This document shows positions 1 through 11,696 of a stretch of DNA of 49,522 nucleotides, piece after piece. Position numbers and translations under genes: made by a program. A model generated the notes under the pieces. That model saw nothing but the letters and a program-made list of their open reading frames with translations, had not been told where the DNA came from and made no database searches. The stretch is taken from NCBI RefSeq assembly GCF_006345805.1, contig NW_021834371.1:1-49522 (forward strand). Reading direction: 5' to 3'. Each line of letters starts with the position of its first letter. The first letter of the stretch is position 1. Source of the DNA: Octopus sinensis. Lineage: Eukaryota.

Positions 1-264
1 TAGTTATTTGACTAACTAGAATTAATCTTATTAAAAATTATTTATCAAAAATATAAACAGTTGACTGTATGCTGTTCACGTTCAGTAGTTCATAAACGAA
101 TCGCTCGTATTCATTATATTACATTTGAACTCTGTTGATCGATACGAAATACTGCATCGAAATATCTTTACAGCTTCTCATACCACAGTAAAAGTTGGAG
201 GAGGTTCTGTACGTTCCTTCTTCTGTATTTGGGTTTCTGTCTACTAAATCCGCTGACAAGACAT

Positions 265-362
265 TAATAAGCCTGGGGTAATAGTAGGTGACATTTGCCC
301 CAGGTGCCGTTCAGTGGAACTAAATCCGAAACGACGAAACTGCAAAGCAAGCTTTTTAACAA
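265..362 (-). mobile_element. Degenerate SINE-A head fragment
   Basis: agcctggggtaatagtaggtgacatttgccccaggtgccgttcagtggaactaaatccgaaac...gcaagcttttt aligns to the reverse complement of the SINE-A head at 875-1020. Confidence 0.55.
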
Positions 363-874
363 TCCAGTCATACCTGCGGGGAATCGATTAAAAAACAAAT
401 TATCGTAATTATAATAAACGCCTTCCTTTCATCATCATCCAGTGTTTTAAATCCGGATTTTGTCCCCATCAACGGGGATGGCCAGATCTACAACATTGCC
501 ATAGCAACCGAGGTAGGCAGGTGCAGCCCACCCCAACCTTTGGGCTGGCGGGTACCCATTCTCCTTTGCTATCATGAGACTTTCTTGGAGCTGGATTTTC
601 TAAGGGGAGCATGCCCTTGCTTATTCCCATCCTCAGTTTCTAGACAAGGCCTCTACATGATTTTTAAGAATTGTGGTGGAAAACTATCCCAGGAATGCAG
701 GGACACTACTCCCTGAGACCCCTTTCGGAGCCCTACAATTACTAAAAATATTGCGGTGGATTAAATCGACTCTTCCTTTAACATTCCAAGAATGTTTGTC
801 GTCTTGTGTCCATGTTAGCTGTGTTAGCAATCACGATTCTTCGCAATCAATTCTAGCAATCAAGATTCTAGGCT

Positions 875-1020
875 TAGGAGTGGCTGTGTGGTAGGTAGTT
901 TGCTTACCAACCACATGGTTCCGGGTTCAGTCCCACTGCGTGGCACCTTGAGCAAGTGTCTTCTACTATAGCCTCGGGCCGACCAAAGCCTTGTGAGTGG
1001 ATTTGGTAGACGGAAACTGA
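875..1020 (+). mobile_element. tRNA-derived SINE-A, 5' head
   Basis: taggagtggctgtgtggtag (A-box-like)...ggttcagtcc (B-box-like)...ggaaactga; near-identical to 37682-37830. Confidence 0.9.
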
Positions 1021-1783
1021 TCAAAAGGGATCGTGAAAAAAAAAACAATCAATAGGGATCGTGTATGACAGAAATGTCATAATATAAAAAGGGGAAACAG
1101 ATTAGGGTTATCCGTGGAAAGAAAAGCCTACGGAAAAGAACACGGTAACCTCGGGCAATAATGTCATGCAAAAACACATTACAGTAAGTGACTCTCTTTT
1201 TCCTTTCTTTTTCTGGTTCATAGGATTATGCTCAAGCTGGTTCCGTCATTCCACGTGCCATTCTTGGTACATTCACCCATCTTTTTTTGAAACATTCACT
1301 AGACAAAACTTCCCTCTCTACTCTCACCTTCCTCTTCAAGTGATACTTGAAGAAGTTGATGAGAGATTGACCAGAGTGGAAAGTGTTTGTCTCTAGACCT
1401 TTCAGACGTGTCCACCATGCACATTCTTTCGCCATAGCCACAAGGATGATGAAAATAGCTCTTCCTTCCCGTTTCAAGGAAGGAGGCGCGACAATATTGA
1501 CGATAGACTCGGCTGATAAAACGACTCGTCCCACACGTGATAGCAGTCGTTCGACATAGGTCCACAGGTCCGAAATGGTTGGACACTGTACGAGTGCATG
1601 CAGAACGGTTTCGTCACTCTGACCGCATCTCGAGCAGGTCGGACCCGTGTTTCTCGAGTCGTGTCTGTAGAGCTTATCCCGAATGGGTAGCGCTTCTCGA
1701 CAGTACTGCCAGGCCAGGGATCTCTGGAAGTTGTCCATAGGTCTCGACCCGAAAGTCATCTTGAACAGGCGGGTCAAGTATTC

Positions 1784-1787
<4 letters not shown>
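1021..1787 (-). mobile_element. Tx1/L1-clade LINE fragment (ORF2 C-terminus plus part of 3' UTR) nested in SINE-A
   Basis: ORF 1232..1777 encodes LAWQYCREALPIRDKL...CSRCGQSDETVLHALVQC (CCHC knuckle), homologous to 10363-11367 and 11697-14068; lacks the last ~100 nt of the 3' UTR. Confidence 0.9.
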
Positions 1788-1818
<31 letters not shown>

Positions 1819-1985
1819 TGTGTCTGTGTTTGTCTCCTACAATCGCTTGACAACTGGTATCGGTGTGTTTATGCCTTCGTAAACTAGCGGTTCAACAAAG
1901 GTAACCGACGAAATAAGTACCAGGCTTTAAAAAAAAACAACAAAAAACCCCCAAAATATGGGATCAATTTGTACGGTTAAAAATG
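1788..1985 (+). mobile_element. SINE-A body/3' part including the internal (TG)n
   Basis: (TG)n then tgtctgtgtttgtctcctacaatcgcttgacaac...gaccgacgaaataagtaccaggc, collinear with the second half of 37682-38124. Confidence 0.8.
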
Positions 1986-2134
1986 CAAGACCGTGCCCCC
2001 GAAACAAACAATAAATAAATAGATAATTAAATAAAAAACAAACAAACATTCTCTTAAGTCATAATTTCGTTGGATTGTAAACCCAGTCAAACTACAACAT
2101 TTTGTCAGTCTATGAAAAGAAAGACTAATACACA

Positions 2135-2175
<41 letters not shown>

Positions 2176-2214
2176 CACACACACACACACACATAGTGAG
2201 AATTTACAAAACAA

Positions 2215-2335
2215 AAAAACAAAGGACGAAGACGGGTGTGTAAACAACAAACAGATGTATTAGTTTAAGGTTGGGGAAAGTGAGAAAGTATTTTACGTTT
2301 CGAGCCTACGCTCTTCGACAGAAAGGAAAAACAGA
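2215..2335 (-). mobile_element. Interspersed repeat, Penelope-terminal-repeat-like, with a hammerhead-like motif
   Basis: Reverse complement of 36200-36330 (gaagagcgtaggctcgaaacgtaaaa...ctaatacat.tgtttg...tcttcgtc); the Penelope assignment is inference. Confidence 0.5.
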
Positions 2336-3353
2336 AATAAACAGGGAGAGGAAAAGATGCCAACCTCTCAAGATATGAAATAAGAAGTCCTGTAATCAAA
2401 TAATGCTTATTTGTTTATCTGTTCTCAAGAAATTGGTTTCATTTTCACGAATTCTTAGAACTGTTTCCGACCTTTTCTTTAGGCTCTGCAGATACATCCA
2501 CATAATTCAGTATTATGCATACAAACGTTCACACACACACACACACACACACACTACACGCACACACACACACGCTCACACACACACGTACACATACACA
2601 CACACTCTCTCTCTCTCTCTCTCACACACACACTTACACACTACACACGTTCTGTGCATATATAAACAAGCGTGTTAGAATACATATATGTATGTGTGAG
2701 TGTGTGTATGTGTGTACACGCACCTATATATACACGCACAACACATATATAGATATATAGATATACACAGACAACACACATACATTCGTATATATATGTA
2801 TGTATATGTATATATTCATACATACATATACATACACCACACACACTCTCACACACACACACACATGTACATAGATCTAAAAGCCTAAAAGGTTTCACAT
2901 GAGTAAATATGTATTGAATAAATAAGAAAAAGGAAAATGTGTAGAGAACTTTATGATGGAAAATAAAAACGATAGATATATATATTTTAGAGTAAGCCTC
3001 CATCGTTTTCGGTCGTTTTAATATATCTTCCGTCTGGAATGCAACAGAAAAAAATTAAATAGATTAAATTAAATTAGCCTCTCATAATATCAATTCTGGT
3101 AATTCACGTTTTCTGATAGAGATTACATGTTGCTGTGCTTCGATTTCCGCGAAGTGGGGGGATGAAATCAAAACCACATGTTTGCTGGTATTAAAACCGG
3201 AAACGACATGAATCACTAAACCGAAGATCAGAGATACTGTCTCGTTGTCGTTGCCAGGAAAAATCTCTGTTGAACAACAGCATCCATATGTCTTAAAGTC
3301 AACGGCCTGTTTATTCAATTGAAAAAACCGCATTATTTATGAGAAGACCCAAT

Positions 3354-3354
<1 letters not shown>

Positions 3355-3412
<58 letters not shown>

Positions 3413-3445
3413 TATATAATATAATAATAATAATAATAATAATAT
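3355..3445. repeat. (TA)n/(TAA)n microsatellite
   Basis: Direct reading. Confidence 0.95.
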
Positions 3446-3517
3446 TAGGGAATAAATCCAAACTTACAGGGAAAAATTAGATTTAGGATTAAATCCAATT
3501 TTATAGTATATATATAA

Positions 3518-3648
3518 TATTATATTAAATTAGAGATAAAACCACTATTAGGCAAATCAAACAGTGAAAAACAAAGCCATTTATGTATTGGCTTATGTTT
3601 TTCACTGCTTGATTTGCCTAATAGTGGTTTTATCTCTAATTTAATATA

Positions 3649-3651
<3 letters not shown>
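3518..3651. repeat. Foldback hairpin, ~62-bp arms, 9-nt loop
   Basis: tattatattaaattagagataaaaccactattaggcaaatcaaacagtgaaaaacaaagcca / tttatgtat / tggcttatgtttttcactgcttgatttgcctaatagtggttttatctctaatttaatataata; 1 mismatch and 1 indel. Confidence 0.95.
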
Positions 3652-3694
<43 letters not shown>

Positions 3695-4048
3695 ATACTG
3701 TTGATAGATATAGGTAATATCTATATCTATCTATCTGTCTCTTTCTCTCGCCCCCCTCTCTCTCTCTATATATATATGCATATATATACATATAGTTAAT
3801 ACACACACACACGTATGGTACAATTAATTTTGACTGGAACTTTTAAGTTTCGGTGAAAGCTGATTTATTCCACTTCAAAATCGAACATACACATATACGC
3901 TACACACACACAACACACACACACATAAATATAATTATATATGTGTGTTTATGTGTGTGTATGTACATATACATACATAATACATACATACGTACATACC
4001 CACACATAATATTCCGTACATACATACACATACAGATAATACATACCA

Positions 4049-4526
<478 letters not shown>

Positions 4527-5240
4527 AGTAAATATCTATAAGGATATTGAGAACGAGGCAGCTACGTACACGTTTATCACAATAGACAAAATCATTTGCA
4601 TTGCATCTCCTACAAAAGCGTGGCTCGTTGCCAACATATAATCACATTATACACTGAAAGCACACATACGCACACCCACACACACATACGCCTTCGCATA
4701 GAGACAGAGAAAGATTTGAAGAATTACTGTCACAGAGCAAAGAGCTCTAGAATATTCTGTGCATTAAAGAAAAAAAATCCAAGCCAAGAATGGTTTCGTA
4801 AACGCCGTTGTTGAACATAATATGACAACCTAGTAACCAATGCAAATGAAATAACGGTTTGATGGAGAGAGAATATTGTATGGAAGAACTTTACAGTCAC
4901 AGAACAGATGTAGATAGTAACGTGCTAAAGCAATTAAGACAGGAATTTTGCTCTAATATATATAATAACATGAGCCGGAATCACTGCAGATGAAGTTATA
5001 CAAGCAATTAGGAAACTAAAATGTAATAAATCACCACGGAACGGTAACATAAGTGCAGAGGTTGTTAAAGAAAGGAGGTGAATATGTCACAGAGACTTTG
5101 TGTATCGTTTTGTAACGTTTTGTCAGTGTTTTGCGTACTGTAGACTGGTCGAGTAAAGCGAATGGAATCAATTGTTACGATACTGCCAACGATGGAAACG
5201 TGAAAAAAATTACCAAAAAACAAAAAGAAAAAACATAAAA

Positions 5241-5661
5241 GGGATCTTTTCGGTTTGAACGGCAGTTTTTACGAGCGGTGTCATATGAAATTGTTACCCA
5301 TAATTATGACCCTAGTATCGATCTATTGCATTTCAATCTGTTTTAGGGTTAGGGTTAGAGGTGGGGGGAAGGGTATCTTTTTTTCTTCAGAAATGTAAAT
5401 AAACCCAATCTGTTTCTTAAACGAGGGACATATTCATACGGCACAGAATGTTTTTTTTTACCTCAATGGACGTCATTGATTGATTGAAATTGCAGAAATT
5501 GAAGAAAACAACAACAAATATCTTACAAACTATAGAATTTTCTCAATAAAGCCAAGAGAAAAAGATGTTTTATAAACACATTCTACCAGTATACGAAGTT
5601 TAAACTTTTTTAGTTACCTAGAAATTATGTTAAAAACTGCCGTTCAAACCGAAAAGATCCC
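5241..5661. mobile_element. MITE (421 bp) with perfect 31-bp TIRs
   Basis: gggatcttttcggtttgaacggcagttttta ... taaaaactgccgttcaaaccgaaaagatccc; internal ttagggttagggttag; no clear TSD. Confidence 0.9.
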
Positions 5662-6541
5662 CCAAAAGAAAAAAAGCACAAGAACAAAGAAATGTGCGTC
5701 GGTTAATTTAATTTGCTATTTAAGTATGGTTTTCTTTTGCTTTACTTTAAGATGCCAAGAACAAAAATGAAATTTGGTGAAACAGTCTGGTTTCCAAAAG
5801 AGAAAGGTTTGTTTAGTAGATTTATAACGTCAATCGTTTATTAGAAAAAATACTTGGAATGTCTCTAAGTCCTTTGCCACAATTTCATTGACTTCAATAA
5901 ATAAATACTTTTATTTTACTAGTTTTCTTACTAGAGCTGCGGCCATGCTGGGGCACTGCCATTAAAATATAAATAAGAGCTCTTTGTCATGTCTGGCAGG
6001 GAACACATCAATCAACCAACACTTTGAGTTATTATAAATTCTAAGAAAATAAAACATAGGCGAGCCAAACGGAAATGTTGTAAGGTTATTATACGAACTA
6101 AAGCAACATACGCACTTGAAGTAGACTTAGATTAAAATACCGGAGTATGTAACATTTGCAATGTTTATGTAAATGTAGACCGGTACTAGCTGCAATATGT
6201 TGCTCCAGAGAATCTTCTTAAAGAGACTCTAGTGTTTAAAGGATAACAATAACTAAAATGGTTTTTGTTCAGAAAACTGCTGGATCGTCAGACCAGGCGT
6301 TTCTACTTGATTGTGTCCCCTCAGTGATGAGCACTCCAAACGTTCTGAGCCAAAAATGATTGTTCTGATATAGAAATCAGTACACGAAACATTTATTGAT
6401 ACGTGTTTAAACCAGAGATCTGAGCGAAGTCCTGTGTTTTGACTTTAACAAATGTCTCTTTGAGAAGTTTCTCAGACAAAATAGTGACGATTCACACGTG
6501 TATACACCTTATAGATATTATGCACAACGATATTATAATAT

Positions 6542-6773
6542 AAGGCGGTGAGCTGGCAGAAATGTTTGCATGCCAGACGAAATACTTAGCGGTATTTCGT
6601 CTGTCTTTGCGTTCTGAGTTCAAATTCCACTGAGGTCGACTTTGCCTTTCATCCTTTCGGGGTCAATAAATTAAGTACCAGTTATGCACTGGGGTCGATG
6701 TAATTGACTTAATACCTATGTCTGTCCTTGTTTGTTCCCTCTATGTTTAGCCCCTTGTGGGTAATAAAGAAAT
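6542..6773 (+). mobile_element. SINE-B monomer with Tx1-type 3' tail
   Basis: aaggcggtgagctggcagaa (A box)...gagttcaaattcc (B box)...gcctttcatcctttcggggtc..aaattaagtacc core...tttagccccttgtgggtaataaagaaata; imperfect 13-bp TSD gatattat(a/c)atat. Confidence 0.9.
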
Positions 6774-7767
6774 AGATATTATCATATGAACATTAAAAAT
6801 TTGCTTTTGACTGGAAATTCACCAAACAACCGCTTCAAAACAGTAGTTGGTGTCAAACAAGGGCGCGTTCTTTTACCAGCCTATTTCGGTGTGTTTCTAG
6901 GATACGTTATATGACGGAAACCCTTGAAGTTTTATTGAAGGAAGAGTGTAATCTTCCTTTTATCGATTGAACAGGACAAAATATAGAAACACTTAAAGAT
7001 CTAACAACTTGTCTTAGTACAACTGTAAGAAGATAAGAAATGGTTATTCCAGCTAAAAGAAAGAAGTAAAATAATGGTAATTGAATAAAGCAAAAAGAAA
7101 ATGCTAAATCCGATTGTAAGAGTAAGAAAGATTTTCATACAAGTTGATGATTTTTAAATATTTGGAGAAGAATAATAAAACGGAAGATGTGAGATCAAAT
7201 AAATAAAGAAATTAATGCCAGATTGCAGTAGCCATAGCAACTTCAGAAAAACCGGACCTCGTTGGGGGGGAAATAAGAAAAGATTAAAAGAATGGCAAAA
7301 TTTCGTTTTGTTGTGATCAATAATAACTTCAATTGCAATTTATGGGTGCGAATTATGGACGTTAGATGCTGAAAGTGCGAAGACGATGGCGTTTGAAATA
7401 AGATGTTATAGAAATGTAACAGAAAGATGCTTTTCAGCTCTATATAGAGAACATCAAGCTAACGAGGGTGATAAGGAAGAAATTGAGAGGAAGGCCGTGA
7501 ACCATAAAACTCTTCTGTCAATGTGATAAAAAGGTGAAAAATGATGTTGTAACACGACACCATGACACTCTGCCTTTAGAAAATATGGACATGTATAAAC
7601 AAGGCTCTGACTAAAGGGTGATAGGAAGATCCTGAAGAAGGTTGCTGAGTAACATCAAGGAATGGACAGGGGCGAAGGGTGTGGAAGGGGGTTGGCTGAT
7701 AACTAGGAGTAAAGAGGGAGAAGATTTGTGTCCCCTGTGCACCTACGTTAGCGCTAGACCATGTGCT

Positions 7768-7858
<91 letters not shown>

Positions 7859-7892
7859 TCTCTAATTTTTGTCTACTATTCACACACGCATA

Positions 7893-7954
<62 letters not shown>

Positions 7955-7972
7955 ATATATATTTATATATAA
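7768..7972. repeat. (TATC)n/(TGTC)n/(TA)n microsatellites
   Basis: Direct reading. Confidence 0.95.
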
Positions 7973-8624
7973 TCAAAATAAGCAACAAGGATATCCAAAG
8001 GTATTGTAGTACAATTGTTTCATGCTACTTCATTTAATTAAACATGTAAGTATTACATCAGTTTTAAAATGTAGAGCAATCTTCAGCCACATATGGAATT
8101 TTAAAAATTAAATTGACAATGTTCATTTTTATACTTATTCCATTTTCCAACATTGCAAAGCGGGTAGGTATATAGACAGAGAGGTAAATCCCATCATCAG
8201 AAACATGGTAGTGAATGATCTTTACTCATGGGTAGACAACTTAAAGTATAGTTATGTTCTGAAGTCAGTATAATCGTTTATAACCCTACTCCACGTAAAT
8301 TCGTGGCCTTGTGTACATATTAGTATACATTATATTCTGTACGAAACCTGGGGTATAGCAGAACACTGAACAAAATGTCCTTGAGTATTAGTAATTCCCC
8401 TTTATAAACTTATATATTTTAGTTAACTAGGAAGAGTAATATCCTAACATTTTATTGGGTCACGAAAACTTGTGGGAAAGAAGGCGAACGAAGTTATCCA
8501 CAACCCGAAACCAAACCCAAAATAGTTGCAACATGGCGGACTTCCACACTAGAGGCACCGAAGGATCGTCTGTTACATTGGCAGCTTTAATCAGGCAACG
8601 AGTTATGTCACTGCCGTTCATATA

Positions 8625-9222
8625 TATTTCTTATTGCTCACAAGGGGCTAAACACAGAGGGGACAAACAAGGACAGACAAAAGGATTAAGTCGATTACAT
8701 CGACCCCAGTGTGAAACTGCTACTTTATTTATTGATCCCGAAAGGATGATAGGCAAAGTCGACCTCGGCTGAATTTGAACTCAGAACGTAATGGCAGACG
8801 AAATACCTATTTCTTTATTACCCACAAGGGGCTAAACACAGAGGGGACAAACAAGGACAGACAAAAGGATTAAGTCGATTACATCGACCCCAGTGTGAAA
8901 CTGGTACTTTATTTATCGACCCGAAAGGATGAAAAGCAAAGTCGACCTCAGCTGAATTTGGACTCAGAACGTAATGGCAGACGAAATACCTATTTCTTTA
9001 TTACCCACAAGGGGCTAAACATAGAGAGGACAAACAAGGACAGACATAGGTATTAAGTCGATTCCATCGACCCCAGTGCATAACAGGTACTTAATTTATC
9101 GATCCCGAAAGGATGAAAGGCAAAGTTGACCTCGGCGGAATTTGAACTCACAACGTAACGCAGACGAAATACCGCTAAGCATTTCGCTCGGCGTGCTAAC
9201 GTTTCTGCCAGCTCGCCGCCTT
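8625..9222 (-). mobile_element. SINE-B trimer: one head plus three 183-bp bodies
   Basis: Units start at 8625, 8808 and 8991; head ends at 9222; TSD ccgttcatatata at 8614-8626 and 9227-9239. Confidence 0.9.
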
Positions 9223-10121
9223 ATTACCGTTCATATATAAACCACAACAGGATTCAAAAAATCAGAACGCAAAGAACCTGTAGAAATAAACTTGTCATCC
9301 AGTCCCGATGTTCTTAATTTCTTGCCAGCCTTCCTCCCACGAAGGATATTTTATTCCTCCACCCCAGAAGAATGGAAGTCAAAATTAACCTCAGCGGAAT
9401 TTGAACTCAGAATAGACAAGGTCGTGGAAAATACATGAGGCAAGGAATTTCGTCCGACGTTCTTGATCTATTGAGCTCAGTTCCTACTTGGGTTGATTAA
9501 AGTTTTTCATCATTTCGAGTTTGATAAAATTAATCAATCAATTTGAGCCACTTCCATCTACCACCCACCGCTCAATTTGTGGTCTCGTGCCAACCAATAA
9601 ATAAACCTGACTAATATAATAAAAGGAACTCTATTATAATTCTGAATACTTTACGATTGAAACTGTCCCATAAGAAAGCAACACTGGTGTCGCTGAAGTG
9701 TGAAATATAAATCGGGTTTATTTTGTATATTTCTTAATTTGCCTGCCAAAAAAAAAGTATAAAATAAGAGGAAAGAAGAGAAGAAAAAAGAAAATCGATT
9801 GTAGAACCCTTCCATTGATTAAACGAAGGGAGACCATTGCTAACATTTTGATAAATACGATTAATAAGCTGAAGTAAGAATGTTTAACATAAACAAACAG
9901 GCCCAGTAATCTGGTCTGAACTGGCGGGAAATATTGTCACGTGATAGATAGCTAGATGGATGGACGGAGAGATAAGGCTGTCACTCAGGCTCTTTCGCTC
10001 TTTGAGTCTTTCTCTCTCTCTCTCTTTTTCTTTCTTTCTCTCTTTCTTTTCTTTCTCTATATACAAGCTCAATATATATATATGTACACAATACACGCAC
10101 ACGTACGGATACACATACAGA

Positions 10122-10170
<49 letters not shown>

Positions 10171-10179
10171 CATCTATCC

Positions 10180-10212
<33 letters not shown>

Positions 10213-10220
10213 ATCTATCC

Positions 10221-10251
<31 letters not shown>

Positions 10252-10259
10252 CTCTATCC

Positions 10260-10294
<35 letters not shown>

Positions 10295-10314
10295 CATCTA
10301 TCTACTATATATCC

Positions 10315-10362
<48 letters not shown>
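10122..10362. repeat. (TATC)n tract upstream of a Tx1 copy
   Basis: Direct reading. Confidence 0.95.
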
Positions 10363-11367
10363 GAGCAACTCTGCCGTCCGGGACCGAACTTGTGCGACTC
10401 CATCACAACAAAGGCATTCTATAGAGGATTAGTGGAGGGGAGGTGCGACGACGAACTCGGGCAGAGTCTGGGCGTCGACGAGGAACACCTGACCCGCCTG
10501 TTCAGGACAACTTTCGGGCCGGGACCTATGAACAATCACCAAAGATCCCTGGCCTGGCAGTGCTATCGAGAAGCATTACCTGTTCGGGATAAGCTCTACA
10601 GACACGGTTCCAGACACACTGGACCGACTTGCCCGAGATGCGGTCAGAGCGACGAAACCGTTCTGCACGCACTCGTGCAATATCCAACCATTTCCAACCT
10701 GTGGGCTTATGCCGAACGGCTGCTGTCACGTGTGGGACGAATCCGCCTATCGGCCGAGTCTATCGTGAGAATTGCTCCGCCCCCTTCCCTCAACCGGGAA
10801 GGCAAGGCAGTTTTCATCGTACTGGTGGCCATGGTGAAAGAATGTGTGTGGTGGACTCGAGCGAAAGGATTAGAGACAAACACTTACCTCTCTGGCCAAT
10901 CGCTCATCAACTTTTTCAAGTACCACTTAAAGGAAGGTGAGAATGGAGAGGGAAGTTTTGTCTCGCGAAAGATTCAAAAAAAGATGGTGAATGTTGCAAA
11001 GATGGTGCGTGCTAGTAACGAAACCATTTTGAGCATGATCCTGTAGATCGTAAAAAGAGAGAAGAGAGCATTTTTGATCTCATGTGTTTATTTCCTCCCT
11101 GACTGGGGTTCCCGTGGTCTTTTCTGTAGGGCTTTTCTCCCACGGATGAACCCAATCTGTTTGTATCAATGTTTTACACCATTATTTCTGTGATACACGA
11201 TTTTCTTTTTTTTTTCCTTTTTTTTTTTTCCTCCTTTCGATCCCTTTTGATCGCAATCTTACATTTTTTTTTTTTTTTTTTTTTTTTTTTTCCACCCTCG
11301 AAAAGAAAAGCTCTGCATTTGTATTTGTCCCCTCTGTATTCAGCCCTGTGTGGCTAATAAAAGAAAG
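10363..11367 (+). mobile_element. 5'-truncated Tx1/L1-clade LINE with intact 3' end
   Basis: ORF 10390..11046 contains CPRCGQSDETVLHALVQ (CCHC-type region, final Cys read as Tyr); T-rich 3' UTR ending tttgtcccctctgtattcagccctgtgtggctaataaaagaaag; (TATC)n on both sides. Confidence 0.9.
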
Positions 11368-11440
11368 TTATCATCTATCTATCCATCTATCCATATCTAT
11401 CTATCTATCTATCTATATCTATCTATATATCTATCTATCC

Positions 11441-11471
<31 letters not shown>

Positions 11472-11480
11472 CATCTATCC

Positions 11481-11523
<43 letters not shown>

Positions 11524-11524
11524 C

Positions 11525-11571
<47 letters not shown>

Positions 11572-11576
11572 CATCC

Positions 11577-11631
<55 letters not shown>

Positions 11632-11632
11632 C

Positions 11633-11683
<51 letters not shown>

Positions 11684-11696
11684 CATCTATCTATCT
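11368..11696. repeat. (TATC)n/(CATC)n tract between two Tx1 copies
   Basis: Direct reading. Confidence 0.95.

Larger units (their letters stand above)
4840..7770 (+). mobile_element. Old degraded RTE-clade LINE (ORF2 remnant) with nested MITE and SINE
   Basis: Remnant peptides ITADEVIQAIRKLKCNKSP (~4980-5035), FKTVVGVKQGRVLLP (~6835-6880), IYGCELWTLD...MAFEIRCYR (~7335-7410), NIKEWTG (~7650); many stops and frameshifts. Confidence 0.75.

Noticed and set aside
3082-3333. 83-aa minus-strand ORF in unique-looking sequence
   Set aside because: No recognisable motif or splice context; the length is compatible with chance.
5343-5358. TTAGGG repeats as an interstitial telomere
   Set aside because: Only ~2.5 copies, and they are internal to a MITE.
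8625-9222. Regular 183-bp repeats resembling a CRISPR or tRNA array (also 34814-35599)
   Set aside because: There are no unique spacers, cas genes or cloverleaf; the units are SINE bodies.
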